Below are positions 34,732 through 50,210 of a stretch of DNA of 64,000 nucleotides, piece after piece. A program made the position numbers and the translations under genes. The notes beneath the pieces were generated by a model that was not told where the DNA came from, did not search any database, and worked only from the letters and a program-made list of their open reading frames with translations. Origin of the DNA: Eledone cirrhosa (lineage: Eukaryota); the NCBI GenBank assembly GCA_964016885.1, contig OZ024740.1, positions 347,138,001 through 347,202,000 on the forward strand, written 5' to 3'. Positions within the stretch are counted from its first letter, which is position 1, and the number at the start of each line of letters is the position of its first letter.

Positions 34732-35201
34732 CGGTTTCAACACACGATTTCAGATAAAGAATCTTGCTAAACAAATTCAGAAACGAAATATATGTATATA
34801 TATATATATATATGTGTCAGTGAGTGAGTGTGTGTGTGTACGCATGTGTGTGTGTGCGTGTGTGTACTTTAATCTTATATTAATTATACATATATGTGTT
34901 TGTGTGTTCCTTTGTTTACTTGAAAGAGTGTGTCGAATTCATACCATGCAATGAAAGACAAAATATCGTCATCAGAGATATGAATAATTATTTTAATCGA
35001 TATATTTAGCGCAACGAAACGTTTTCGTTAACAGTTTAAACAGTTCAAAACGAGATATGGACATATAATTAAACATGTATATCACCTTAGTCATATGTGT
35101 AAATAATTTACAAGCATGATTCGACAATACATATTTTATGTGTGTGTGTGTAAACTCTAATGCATGTGTGCGCACATTTGACTGTCTGTGTACGCTTGTG
35201 T

Positions 35202-35264
<63 letters not shown>

Positions 35265-36049
35265 CTAGAGACGTTTATTAATGAGAATGCTCTACAGCAG
35301 ATAAGTATTACGCTTGGTTTATGAACAATTTCTGTTGGAAAGAAACAGAAAAAAAAGACTCTGGAATGTAGTCATATATTGAAAATATACAATAATTTCA
35401 TTTATCTTAAACTTATGATAATTGTTCGGGTTATCTAGAACTTTTTGCAAGTACAGGCTTCATCAGCTTATCAATAGGGTGATTCCCGAGTAGATCTATT
35501 CTCAAAATGATCGATCACGTGAGAATGAATATGTAGCGACATGAAATGATCAGAGCGCTTTTGTAAACAAGGTTGCTCAGTTTTTGAGGGCACTATTATT
35601 AATAGCTCTTACGTTTTCCTAACTTATTCTGATTTTCATTTATCTTCACTTATTTACTCTATATATATATATAGTTATGCGTGTGTGTGTATGTGTGTGT
35701 GTGTGTGCGTGTATGCGTGTGCGTGTGTGTGTATGCGTGTGCGTGTATGTGTTTTTGTGTGCGCGTGTGTGCCAAGTGTATCACAATGCATTCAAAGAAG
35801 GAGTCAAATCATTACATATGTAAATTATATAAACAAATACGTTTACAGTGTCATATCCATATTTAATACCCACATACTTGAACAGTTCTCAGTAGCTTGG
35901 GAAAACAATATAACCATCATACACGTGTCTTCAACGCAGCTGAAAGGAGAGGGCGTTAATTACAAATAAAATGGAATAGTAGAAAATATAGCAAATATAT
36001 CTTTGTGCATATTTTATATATTTGATATAGCCACAAATCGGCAAACCAC

Positions 36050-37000
36050 ATCGTTCACAAGTTTGAGGCAAGATGAGGGCTAGCTATTTAATGATCCTAT
36101 AGAATCTAAATGATTTCTCTGATAGGTGTGTTTACCAGACGTGGTGACTTATTTAATGTGGTCTCAGAGCAGCTGGTATTAACTTTTTTTTACTGATTAA
36201 CATATCCCAATGTTTAAAAATAATTACCTTTTCTATAAATTATTATTGATATTTATTAAATAGCGCATTCCTTCGTATCAGTAGCATTCTTAAAATTTTT
36301 CAGAAGTAATTATTTGGCTGTTAATCACCAGGAATCTTCGAAACTTTCTGAATGCTATGCAATCAACATTGATGTTCAATCGACACATACTCTGAAATGA
36401 AGCTCTTTATAGCCATTTTTAAATCATGTATTATAAGAATATCGAAGCACTTACCATCTCACTTTATTAATATCAACAGATTCTTCATGAACACATATCT
36501 AAGAGTGTCTGTAAACAGAGGAGCAAATTCTGCTATGCACCAGCTACCCAACACTGAGACGTTGTTATAATTTAAGAGACTGCCGTTTGCATTTTCATAA
36601 TCAACTGCATGCATCGCTCTCCCCAAGTAAAAGAGAATAAGTTTGAATCATTTATATATGTAAATATCAGAGGTGCTATCCAATGAGATATTTGTAAATT
36701 GTAGTGTGTCCTATCTGCTAACACTAATAAGCTGTATGTCTCTGGGGTATAATTCCAGAGTTTTGTTGACTGGCGCATTGAACATTAGGTAATATTTGAC
36801 CTTGAATACGAACCGTCAACATTTTCTACTTTATACATTGCGATTCTATCTTTAACGCTCGCTACCCTAAATATATTTCAAATCTTTCAATCAGCCTATC
36901 TTAATACTGGTCCATTTTAATCAAAATGAATCAGTATCATTAATAATGGATAAATGTATTCAACAATAATCTATTTATACAGAAAATCATTTTCTAAATG
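36050..37000 (-). mobile_element. Possible highly decayed hAT-type transposase
   Basis: Faint LDSTSDI (cf. LDESTDI) and CVFHEES (cf. CIIHQES) motifs on the minus strand. Confidence 0.3.
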
Positions 37001-38860
37001 TTAACATAATTATTAAACTTACACCAGGACATATGAGTCTGAGACATATTTCTCACCAGATTAATGACAACGGCTGGTATAGTAATTAATAGAGTAATAG
37101 ATATCCCAAGTCTTTTTTCAGCAAAACAATTTTAGTCTGTGTTATATCGTTAATTTGTTCTAAACAATAAATGAATGAATACTAACATATAATCTTCTTC
37201 CACTGATTCAGCGTTCAGAGAAATTTCCGCATAATGAGAGTTAGTAATATTTATAGATATTGAATGTATATTTTTATCAGAGAAATTCTGAAATCAAGAA
37301 TTCTCAATCCCCCCCCCCCCCCCCCCCCCCGAATCACAGGGAAAAAATGTGTAGGTAATGTCCAAGTTATTGCAAAAGTGATTATCTTCGAAATCTAGTT
37401 GGATAGATGTATACATTATCAATTTATCTTTTGTATAATTATAACCTCCCTTATTCGCAACATATATCTTCAAAAAATATTATATATATTCAAGAAATAT
37501 TTTGCTCGCTTAATCTTGTCACACATTCAGGCATACAATGCTAATAATGTTGTAGCTAGGACATAACTGATCGTTATATAATTTTCATAATCAATACAAT
37601 ACATTTTTCTTAAAGCATTGCAATAATAGCAAGTTGGTAAACCGAAGTGCAAAAAAATATTTCCTACCAGAGAAACAAAGAAACACCTCCAGCAAATATG
37701 AACATGAAAACCATACCTTGTTTAACAGTAACATACTTTAGCCACTCTATCATATTCTTTTTACACCATATAATATTATTAGCACTTTGGAAGATTCATC
37801 ATAAAAACCTTATATTGATTGCTCATATATTTTGTCAAAACTTCACGTAGACATTTACTTCAGATCATAAAACTACTCATGACAGTCATCTTCTTCGATA
37901 TGATGATGCAGCTTATATTTTTTCGTTACTTTGATAAAAACGAAGTTTCAGAAAAACATTTCTTCAAAGATACTTGTACTGTTTTATTCTCGTTTCATCC
38001 CTGGTATTTTACATTTCCCCGCAGTTTCTTGGCTGTTTCATATCCACGTTCGATTGCATTCTTCATTCTATTGAGTTTGTTTTTTCTCTTTTCCCATAAT
38101 GTTATCTGTCATCTATTTTTGTTTCCTTTTTTATCATATTTTTTTTCCATTGAATGAGTTGTCAGAAATATTGTGAATGTGTGTGTGTGTGTACGTTTGT
38201 ATATCAGCAAGGTTGTAGATATACAAATGAGTTACAACGGTCAGTAAAAGTAGTCTATAATGATAAATGCATAAAGCCAGGGCAGACAAATGCGATGTAT
38301 ACGATCGCCCTCTTGTATCCATGTTATGCTTCAGCGAAGATTTTCTTTTAAGAACGCCTCAAGTGCACAAAAAAAAATCGCTTCAAACATAAATGACGGA
38401 TTCAGCGATGGATAAGGGGTGTATGGAGATATGTGTCGGAATGTGAATGTCTGTGTGTTTGTGTGTCACCTATGTTTTGAGAAAATATTGTGATCGAACA
38501 TAAAATCAAGAAAAATATGGAATCAGTGAAAGTCGCTTTCAAACGAAATATAAAAGTATACTGTTCAGCGAATTTGAATGTCATCATAATTCAGAAAAAT
38601 AATTGAAGTGACCATACTCGCAACTAAGAGTAATATGTATATATATATATATATATAACTATGATGATAATAATAACAGTGTTGCAATTCATGGGTATAT
38701 ACTTAAGCAGAAGGTTTAAAGCTCTATACAGTAGGGTTCATGCAGATTTGATATATAAAGAATAATGGTGTTTATTATTCTTTACACACACACACACGCA
38801 GACATATATATATATATCCATACACACACACACACATATGTATATAAATATATATATATA

Positions 38861-39505
38861 TATAAAGAATAAATATATCTACCGACATATGTATACAGAT
38901 GCATACCTACGCTAGCAGATATATATGTTTTGTCTTAGTAACGTTGTAGTTCTATGCAGGGGAATGCAGAACAATTATATGAAAGACGTAAATAAGAAAG
39001 TTATGAAAATTGACTTACTAAGACAAAACATATATATCTGCTAGCGTAGGTATGCATCTGTATACATATGTCAGTAGATATATTAATTCTTTATATTCTA
39101 CTCCAAATTATTTGTTGAGCAAAATTTGCCAAATTACTACTGTGACTGCTAGTAGTGGCTAGGCTCTGTCTTAATAGCACCCCCACTCCAAGCTGGTTAA
39201 CCTCAGTGTCACGTGATTAATTCTTTTGAATTTGCCACTTGACCAAGAAGGCAGCGAATTTTTCAGTGGCTTAGAATCTAGCCCCGCTCGATTTTTTTGC
39301 TTTTTTCTATCCACTGAATTATTGTTATATAAGCTCCCAGTGTCCCCGCATTGCCTGGTGGCTTAGCTGAGAATAGACTCCCTGATGACGTAAGGCTTCT
39401 CTACAGGTATTACATAACTGTATTTATCCCCTTACAAAACTAATTAGTTGGAGTGAAATTTTAGTAAGTAAGTCAATTTTCATAACTTTGTTATTTACGT
39501 CTTTC

Positions 39506-39510
<5 letters not shown>
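38861..39510 (+). mobile_element. Circularly permuted ~530 nt HHR element with inverted junction copy
   Basis: Forward unit 39015-39510. The reverse complement of 38861-39021 joins the unit end to the unit start. HHR at 39377-39454: ACUCC CUGAUGA CGUAAGG..CCUUAC AAAAC UAAUUA GUU^ GGAGU. Confidence 0.8.
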
Positions 39511-39558
<48 letters not shown>

Positions 39559-39586
39559 CATATATATATATACATATGTATATATT

Positions 39587-39626
<40 letters not shown>

Positions 39627-39635
39627 TATATATAC

Positions 39636-39725
<90 letters not shown>

Positions 39726-39778
39726 GTATGGTTTTATAAATATGGTTTTATAAATATAGTTACCATTTATTAATATAT

Positions 39779-39816
<38 letters not shown>

Positions 39817-39965
39817 TATATACAAATATACATATATATATACATATATATACATATATATAGTAATAATAATAAATTTGAAGACTAAAATCCAAAGAGG
39901 GCTCCATAAGGATAAATATATATCAAATATATAAGAACCGTAGAGCAAATAATTATTAAAATAAC

Positions 39966-40019
<54 letters not shown>

Positions 40020-40049
40020 ACATATATATATACATATATATATACATAC

Positions 40050-40085
<36 letters not shown>

Positions 40086-40154
40086 GCATATATACATATT
40101 TATATATATATGGAGGAAGTTGTAGTTTTCTTGAAGCATTGCGTAATGAGGTAT

Positions 40155-41896
40155 AAACGTTTGGAGTTAGAAGGCCAAAACAATGCAGGTATGGATATAG
40201 AATATAAATACAAATGCAAAAGATATTGCTGACAATTATTATTTTACCTTAAATTTATTTGAATATCCCTAATTTTCGAGATAATATCTCTTCTTCGGAG
40301 GGAAGTAAAAGGGGTTAATCCAGTGTTCTAATTAGCTTGCCAAGTCATGCTGACAGGAAATTGTATAGAAATTACATTGTATTTCTAATGTCAAAGAGTG
40401 AAGGTTAGGTGGATAAAGAGTTGTCTCCCTTTATAAAGTGATTTGGACATGTATGTTTAAGTGTGTGGGAGAAAACGTGAAGGTGTAAGCATGCGTGTGT
40501 TTGCGCGCGCGTGTGTGTGAGTGTGAGAGGATATGTTTATATGTAAATGTTGGGGCTAGATGCTTTATCATGTTAAAACTGCTCTTTGTGTGTGTATGTT
40601 TGTGTAGGAGAGGGAATAAGTGGAGGTGTAAGCGTGTGTGTGTGCGTGCGTGTGTGTGTGAGAGAGGGGGTATGTGGAGGTTAAGTGTGGGGCTAAGCGC
40701 TCTATCATGTTAAAAATTGGGTGTTGAGTTCTAGTCTGTTATTGATTGGTGGTTGCGATTTGTCTGTAATCAGTGCTTCTTTAATTTTAAGATTGCCGAG
40801 GTTTCTTTCCTTAGCTTCTATCCTAACTATTATGTTTTTGTCGGTGTTTCTGCATTTCACTAGGTGTTTCTTAAATGAGAAAGTGTTAGTATTGAGGTGT
40901 ACTTTTATTCTTATGTGAAGTGGTCTGGTGGTGCTAACTATGTAGAAATTGCTGCATTTGTCACACTCTAATCTGTACACGACGTAAGCCTGGTGGCATA
41001 GGTCTGTGTCGTTGATGGGGCAGTTGGCTAGCCTGCAGCGGTTGTCATGTCTGGTGGAGTGTCTTTTGGTTAGCTGTCCGGGTAGAGAAGGTCCTGAGTG
41101 GGCTAGTTGGATATCAAGTCCCTCTCGTCTGATAGCTCTGCGGATGGCTGTTGTTGTTTCGTCACTGATATACGGGAGCTTCAGGAAGCAAGTGTTAGTG
41201 CCTCGGGTGTGGTGTCCTCTGTTGTTTCTGGCACGGTTTAATGTAGTCGGGTATCCGTTCAGTTTAAGTACTTCCAGGAAATGTGTGGTGTGTGTGTCTT
41301 GGTCTCTTGCGTCGGTGCATTTGTTCCGGATACGTAGTTCGTTCCTTATGTATCCGAACTTAGCGCTGGCTGGGAGGGCCGATCTGAAATGTACGAACAG
41401 GTCCCTGCTGTCGGCTTTTTTATAGAAGCAGGTGTGGATGTCGCCCTTCTCTAGTACCCTGAGTTACTCAACTCAGGGTACCCGCTCTCACACACACACA
41501 CACCAGTTTTAACATGATAGAGCATCTAGCCCCCACATTTACATATAATCATATCCTCTCACATTCACACACACACACACATGCACACACACACGCATGC
41601 TTACACTTTCACGTTTCTCCCACTTACATGTCCAAACCCCCTTTTAAAGGGAGACAACTCTTTATCCACCTAACCTTCACTCTTTGACATCAGAAATAGA
41701 ATGTAATTTCTATACCATTTCCTGTAAGCATGACTTGGCAAGCTAATTACTTCCCTCCGAAGAAGAGATATTATCTCGAAAATTAAGGATATTCAAATAA
41801 ATTTAAGGTAAAAGACTAATTGTCAGCAATATCTTTTGCATTTGTATTTATATTCTATATCCATACCTGCATTGTTTTGGCCTTCTAACTCAAAAC

Positions 41897-41900
<4 letters not shown>
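40155..41900 (-). mobile_element. Penelope-like element fragment (RT thumb + GIY-YIG) with inverted pLTRs
   Basis: VYRLECDKCSNFYI.STTRPLHIRIK.H..IKEAL..PPINN (40705-40980). Inverted ends 40155-40590 and 41500-41900. HHR-like CCGAAGA agagatattatctc GAAA at 41751-41790 and 40266-40304. Confidence 0.85.
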
Positions 41901-41933
<33 letters not shown>

Positions 41934-42059
41934 TGCATATATACATTTATAAATATAGATACATATATATATATTTATATATATATACATATACATATAT
42001 ATATATATACATATATATATGCATATATATATGCATATATATATATGCATATATATATA

Positions 42060-42125
<66 letters not shown>

Positions 42126-42280
42126 TATATATATATATATATATATGTAGATAAATCTACCAAGAGTTTACGGTAGTGTCCAATCCGTATGAAGAACTCA
42201 ATGTATTCCGGATATCATGGAAAGAAGAGATGTAATGAAAATCCACTTTCGGTGAAAGATAAACGGTATACAGAGTCAAG

Positions 42281-42802
<522 letters not shown>

Positions 42803-42903
42803 GAGTGTGTGTGTGTATGTGTAATATGACAAGCATACACACCTGTCCACATACAAAGTCACTCGTGTATACGTATATATATATATATGCATATATATAT
42901 ATA

Positions 42904-42950
<47 letters not shown>

Positions 42951-45269
42951 CGAGAGAAGTAGACACCTATACACAGACAAAGACAGAGATGTAGAAAGAA
43001 AATGAAAGTTATAATGAATGAATGAATGTCAGTCGAGAAATAGAAGAAACGTGAAGGATTATTATGAAAATGGAAAAGAAACGAAACAAATATGGGAATA
43101 GAACACATAAATGAAAACCAATAGAAAGAGAAATAGAAAGCAAATTGGAAGGACAGAGGAAACAATATAGAATAGGAGCATTGACATTGAGCAAGAAAGC
43201 ATCGAACAGATTGTTTAGTCAAGTTCGTGTATGCGTCCAGACATGTCTGTGCGTGACTATTTGTGTGTGTCTGTAAATAATCACCCCCATCCACCTTGAC
43301 GTAATTTTTCAAAAATTTGGATTAACTGGTAACTAGTTTTGTTGACGTTATCTGCCTTGTTGTTGCCTAGGTTTTTAAAGGACCTCGTGTAGGTTTGTGA
43401 CTAGTGATTGTATGGATAATCTCAGTAAGCCAATGTTTTACTCTTCTCACGATATTATATTTGAGAATCCACTACAGAACCTGAGTGCAAGAAATTAGAA
43501 CCTCTACCGTATTTCAGATGCCAACATCTTCCTAGTTATGATGATTATCGATATACAAAACCTTTAAGCAACATGCTAAGTCATCAGTTGTCTATATGCT
43601 CTACTTCAAACTGCTGTAACTAGCAACCAAATCGTCCATAAATCATACAATATCATCATGAAAAAGAACGGTACATTGAATAATATATAACTAAATGATC
43701 TGATAGATCGGGATTTTTAGGTATAAAAACGCTTTGATTATACATCATGGACGACCTGAAATTAAACTAACAATAAATAAGCAGAAAGTGGATACAATGA
43801 ATGGGAAAAGAAAGAGGAACTATACAAAAATAAAATGATAAAATTTAAATGGAATTAGTCAAAAAAGAAAAAAATACTAACTAATCACTGCTCTTCGAGA
43901 TTCTACACGAAAAAGGTAAATCAAAGCTAAGAACAGAATTAAAAAAGAAGATCAGGATATATTCAGAGACAGTATTAAGTTGAAAGCTATGTTCAGCCGA
44001 TAATATGTTAACAAAATGTAAAATCTGTGAGGGTGTGGTAGACGCACGCAGCAACCATAATATATACCGTTCAGATATAGTTATCACAAACAGAAACGAG
44101 AATTTCTGTGCTGCGACAGACACTTCGATATATTCTGTGCGGAGAGTAACCTATCTTCTATAACATTTCAAGGATATCCAAACAAAAATAAAGAGATGGT
44201 ATATTAGTGAAATCACAAAAATTAATATATGGATCACTTTGATTATAAAACACTACCCACCGTCCAAAAAGCATCGCAGCTATGGACAGTCAATTTTCTG
44301 CACAAGTTAGTTGCGGTTCAATCGCAGAATTCAGGTACAACGTACAAAACATACTTGACAGTTTGCTCCATAAAATAAAAACATTCACATAAATAATCAA
44401 CACCCGCATAACATATTCCAAGCATACCAGTAACTCGTATTTTACAGAATTGCCACCCAATTGATTACACAATTCATACAGAATATACTCTACACAATAA
44501 CTGTTTCTACTTTTGGAACAAGGCCAGCAATTACCCAGTGCATTACTGGTACTTTATTTTATCGACCCCGTAAGGATGAAAGGCAAAGTCAACCTCGGCG
44601 GTATTTGAACTCAGATCGTAAAGGGACGTAACTAACATCTTCCAACTATAGTACAACACACACGACAAATAACCTCCATCCAAGAAAACATAGTGCCTCT
44701 ATATAAATTAGTGTACACAATAAACGGATAAAACAATAAAGCAACATCACAAACTACAATACAACACCCGCAACATAATTAAATATATGTAACATTTGAA
44801 CACAATTATATACCCACAAAAGACAATGCTAAACACAACCTGAGTGGAACTGTATTTTGTTAAGCCTCGAAGCCTTAATAGAATCGGTGGTATTTTAACT
44901 CAAGACGTAAGGCACTTTTCCCGACATGCTAACGAAACTGTTTAGTCTGCATACATAATAATTTCAGTTTGCCACCATAGCGCTACAAATAAGTAATAAT
45001 AAGTTATAATAATAAACAATTATTTGTAGATGTATATATATAATTCTAAAACGCAAATTACAAACATGAAAATATAGGAGGGGTGCTGACAGGTTTTCGG
45101 ATTATCTCCTCAGTGAGGAAGTGGAAAATAATATTGGGAAGGGAGTTTCGTATACTAGTATATAAATATATACATGCATATATATAAAATAATTCATACA
45201 CCTACACGTATGTATTAACTTATATGACGCACCGACGCCCACGCGCACCCATGCACACGTACACACACA

Positions 45270-45306
<37 letters not shown>

Positions 45307-45313
45307 TCACACG

Positions 45314-45358
<45 letters not shown>

Positions 45359-45359
45359 C

Positions 45360-45735
45360 TTCTTCTTCACTCACTTATTCCTGAAAGAGGTCTGGGAGAA
45401 GAGCCCTCAAACACTCCTTCCAGCGAGTCCTGTCAGAAGCACAGTCTCCAACTGATCCGGCTGGATCCCCAAGCGTGACCAGCCCAGCTCATTGATGTTG
45501 TCTAACCATCTTGCTCAGGGTCTACACGTGATTCTCCTGGCGGTTTTTCTTTTGCCCGGAAAATCTGTCCAGCGATTCTTTCCTGAGACTCTCTAACCAC
45601 ATAACCATAATATCGGAGTTGTGATCTCTCAATTTGGAGAAGTAAGTGCTCTACCCGGAGTGACTCTCTGATCTCAGAGTTACGCACTTTATTGCGTAAC
45701 GTTATTCCAAAGAGACTTCGGAAGAATCCCATCTA
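45360..45735 (-). mobile_element. RTE LINE 3' fragment
   Basis: GITLRNKVRNSEIRESL..IERSQLRYYGYVVR; gaa-repeat tail. Confidence 0.75.
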
Positions 45736-46441
45736 TTTTCTAAAACTGAGTGAAAGAAAACGGAGCAACGTGAAATAAAGAGTCTTGTTTAAGGAGGGAA
45801 TGCATGACCCAGTCCGAAATTCGAACTCACACCTCACGTTTGCAAGCCCAGCGCTCTAAACCTTCAGACAGTATATAACGAAAAATACACAAAGAATACC
45901 ACCAAAGTGATAAACATATTGTCTACGAAAGGAAAGGAGAATACATATTAATTAAAAGAATAAATTAAAATGTACAAACCAGCTGCGGTTTTTAGCGGTC
46001 TTTTGGTATATTCAAGACACCATGGGATACATAGCGTGCGTGTTTTCTCTTTCCACCATGTGCGTTATTTAATATATTTTTAGAAGTGTTTGGTGGTACT
46101 TTCGCGCCAAAAGTAGCAGCGTCGTGGTCAATGTATATAGACAGCAGTAAGACATAAAAAAAATAGCTACACACATTCATAAACGATTATTATTATATTG
46201 TTAGTTTTGTTGTTATTATAATTGATATTCGGACATTGCAGGAAACAAAAGCACTACACACCCACACACACACACGTGCAAACACACACATCCGTAAACA
46301 TTATTCCTGTATTTTTGAAGTTTGGGGTTTGCTAGAAATACAATACCAACTACTATTGACTATTGAATAAAACGGATATATTTTTACCCGTGTGGTGAGA
46401 TATATTATAAAATCTTACTTTCGAGTATATATGTATATATA

Positions 46442-46830
46442 TCATCATCATCACCGTTTTACGTCCGTTCTTCCACGCTAGCATGGGGTAGACGTGTTGT
46501 CCAGTTGTGGGCAGTGTCCGGTGGGCTGACATTGTCTTGCTCATACGGGAACTGATCTGGCTTGATTTCTACAGCTGGATGCCCTTCCTAAAACCAACCT
46601 CATTTACAGTGAATGCTCGATGCTTTTTTGCCGTGGCACCTCCACGACCACTTTGTAGTGGAATGATAGGGACCCCAGTCCTATCATTTCATTTCTACAG
46701 CTGAGTAAACTGGAGCAATGTGAAATAAAGTGTCTTGCTCAAGGAAACAACACATCACCCAGTCCGAGAATTGAACTCACAACCTTTCGATTGCAAGCCC
46801 AAGCTCTAACCACTAAGCCATGCGCCTTCA
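46442..46830 (-). mobile_element. Adjacent SINE fragments
   Basis: The 46690-46830 family recurs at 45735-45865 and 53690-53865; the 46442-46640 family recurs inverted at 63480-63665. Confidence 0.6.
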
Positions 46831-46837
46831 TGTATAT

Positions 46838-46960
46838 ATATTTAATATAGAAAGGCTTCTACAGGACTAGAACTGTTTCATTCGGGAGACATCATCAGCT
46901 GATTTCATTCTCCCGAATGAAACAGTTCCACTCCTGTAGAAGCCTTTCTATATTAAATAT
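46838..46960. repeat. ~120 bp hairpin made of two back-to-back degenerate HHRs
   Basis: Minus 46862-46901: CAG CUGAUGA ..GAAAC..GUC^ CUG. Plus: cag CTGATTT cattc-tccc-gaat GAAAC..TC ctg. Confidence 0.75.
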
Positions 46961-47024
46961 TTATACTCTGCTTTGTATTGAGAACTAACTTACTGTGGTT
47001 ACCCCCGATTGAACCCGGGAAAAA

Positions 47025-47097
<73 letters not shown>

Positions 47098-48660
47098 GCG
47101 CGCGCGTGTGTGTGTGTGTGTAACTGTGTGTAAGTGTATAATATGTAAAAGTTAAATTTAAATATATTTACATAATAAGCACAAACCAAAATTAATACAT
47201 ATTCATATTGACTCATATAACACATACACACATGGTGTGTATTATACTTTTTAATTTATATTTGAAAGTACGTATAATGATTTCAAATCTAGGTGCAAGG
47301 CATGCAATGCACGAGAGTGGAAGGGCGATTATATAAACCTAATTATTTGACTGGTACTGTATTTTATCGACCGAGAAACATGAAAAGCAAAGTTGTCATC
47401 TGTGGTATTTGAACTCAGAATGTAAAGAGCAAATGGAACAAAACATGTTATGGAAAGCTCTAACAATTCTTAAAATCCACCGACCTAAATACAAGTATAA
47501 TAAAGCTCGGTTAATGGAAAATCAAGACATCTAATATCAGTCTCAACCATTTGTATCTGATTTTGTTCATTAACGATTACAATCACCACGCTAATACAGT
47601 TTTATTTGGGCTTCTTTCGGCAGTCTCACTCAAAAGTGACACAGTTTAGTGAGTTAGAAGCCAGTACTTATTTCCACATCTGATTTAAATGATAAAACAC
47701 TGATTCTTTTATTTTAAATGCTATAATAATGAAAAATCACTATTGTCAGACAGGGCACCATCTCACACAATACGAATTCTTCCCACAGAATCTACAAAGA
47801 ACAATTTTTTTTTAAATTCAACTTACAAAGTTAAGGTGATGAGGTGATTTTCATTAATCGGAGTTGGTTTCTTCTTATATGAGATAACAGTTTAATAGTC
47901 CAGCATTCTTAGATCGCCAAAATAGTGCAGGAAATACGGATTCGTGGCTCTCTTTGCCTATACGACACGTCCACTATTTGCTACTATATATTTATAACAT
48001 ATCCTGAACCAAAATGTCTTGTAGAACAGTCTGATCAAAGATTCTGGTGAATGTTCCTTTTTGCCTGAGTGAAATACCTCTAAAACGAGGAGGTTTAAAA
48101 TATTTTTCCATCAGTACACAGCGTATCTCCAGGACATCATTGGCATTCATCTCCTCTCTCAATTAACTTTGTTTAGTTTGTAAAATTTGAAATTTCAAAA
48201 AATATTTTACCAAAATATGGTATATAGTTTACATATTAAACACATCGTCTGTCATTGCATGATAAAAAAAAATCATCTCTGTCAAAGAAAGGAGCTGTCG
48301 GAAAGCATGTCACAGAAATTACTTTGCTGAGAAGGCAAATGATGAGGAAAATGATGGTGATGAAAACGAGAGTGTTTTTGCTGTTGTTCTGGCAGATGGT
48401 GGTGGCGTTGTTATTATTGTTGAAGATGTTGGTGTCGGTATGAGGACGTTGATGATGATGAGTGGGGTGGGGATGGTTGGTGGGGTTATTGGTTTTGGTA
48501 ATATTAGTGAAAATGGTGGCGTTGCAGGAGGATTGATGGACTTGTTATTTGGAAAAGGAATTCTGAACAAAATAATAATGTCAGGATCAACTTCACATAT
48601 CACCTCAACTATCAAAACAGAAGAACTGCCACAGACAATGAGCAAAACTAATACAGGTCG

Positions 48661-48722
48661 TTAATATTCTAATAGGCAAGGTGAATGAAATACAGCGGAC
48701 ATGTACTTGTCATTGTCGACTG
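48661..48722 (-). CDS. Putative terminal coding exon C of an unidentified host gene
   Basis: Acceptor ttgtttttag, phase 1; encodes (T)VDNDKYMSAVFHSPCLLEY*; compatible with the donor at 51402. Confidence 0.55.
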
Positions 48723-48897
48723 CTAAAAACAAATATCAAAAGACAAAAAATGCTATTAATATTGGATATCTGCGATTTATTATGTATATAGACCAGCATA
48801 TTGATTCCTTCGGCTGGTAGAAAACTATGAATGTTTAGAAGATGGATATAATTTCGTTGAATCAAATTTAATAAAGTCTTAGTTCATATTGTATTGA

Positions 48898-49240
48898 ACG
48901 TGGGTGCCACATGGCTGAATCGTTAAGAAGTTCATTTTCAAATCATTCGAGGCTAGATTCAATCTTACTGAGTGTAAACTTGAACAGGTGGAATTTAACA
49001 TAACTTCGGATCCACCCATGCTTTGTGAGTGATGTTTGGTAGGTAGAAACACTTCGTCAGCACGGTGAATGGACTGTCCTTGTATGCCAGGCTCGTCACG
49101 CATTTTGTCACTCAGAATCTCTCTGAGAATTACTATAACTATACATGTGTCTGTGAAATGCTCAAGCACTTACAAGTTGATTTTATGAGAAAGCTGTTCC
49201 GTTGTTTCAACATCTGGAAAATTTAACACAATTTAGAAAT
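48898..49240 (+). mobile_element. Probable tRNA-derived SINE
   Basis: A/B-box-like tggctgaatcgttaag and gattcaatc head. Confidence 0.4.
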
Positions 49241-50045
49241 AAATATTTTATTGTATATATATATATATATATATTTATGGTAAGCACATTACACTCTGCA
49301 TTATTGTATTCGAGAAGGAAGAACACAGTGAGCATAATAAACATACATAAAAGACGATACAGACGTATCTTTGATAGTAGGTTTCCTTGATTAAGGATAA
49401 ATAAACACGAATCAACATTTTGTGTAACTTCTGTAAATTCTTCCTCGCAACGGGCGAAATATTCTAGTGCTCATTTGATAGATTGTTTGGGATCTATTTT
49501 TTGTTTTTGTTTCACTATGTTAGGCACGATTAAGCACAAATATGATGGTTTCTGATTTGGGCACAAGGTCTACAGTTTTGGGGGTAGGGCAAAGTCGATT
49601 AATGCGACCCAAGTTTGTTACTGGTACTTTTATTGATTCCGTAAGGGTGAAACGCAAAACTAACCTCCGCGTGGTTTGAACTAACAACGTAAAGGAACGT
49701 AACTATGTGCTGCAAAGCACGTTGTCCGACGCCATACCGATACTGTCAATCCAGCGCCCTTAGATCACAAATATAATAAAAGGTACACAGACTGTATTCC
49801 TCCACTTTTTTTCAGAGATATGTAGGGCTACATTAAATATTGCGCAATTTCTTTTCATAAAATGTTACATGTTGTTTGAGAGGAATGGATATTTCGTTTC
49901 CTGAATAGAGAGATGGCTGTATCATACATAAATGTTGTTTATTGTAAAACCTTAAATCACTAGTTTGATACTACTCCCTTTGCCGTGGTGAGTGCGTAGT
50001 TCGATAATATTATCGTTGGTTCTAGCCATAGGTTACACACACACA

Positions 50046-50103
<58 letters not shown>

Positions 50104-50156
50104 TGCACACACACACATACATGCACACACACATGCATACACACACACACGTATAC

Positions 50157-50210
<54 letters not shown>

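Noticed and set aside
48319-48645. 108 aa Pro/Thr-rich ORF
   Set aside because: Non-ATG start, low complexity, and it lies after the stop of putative exon C; probably 3' UTR.
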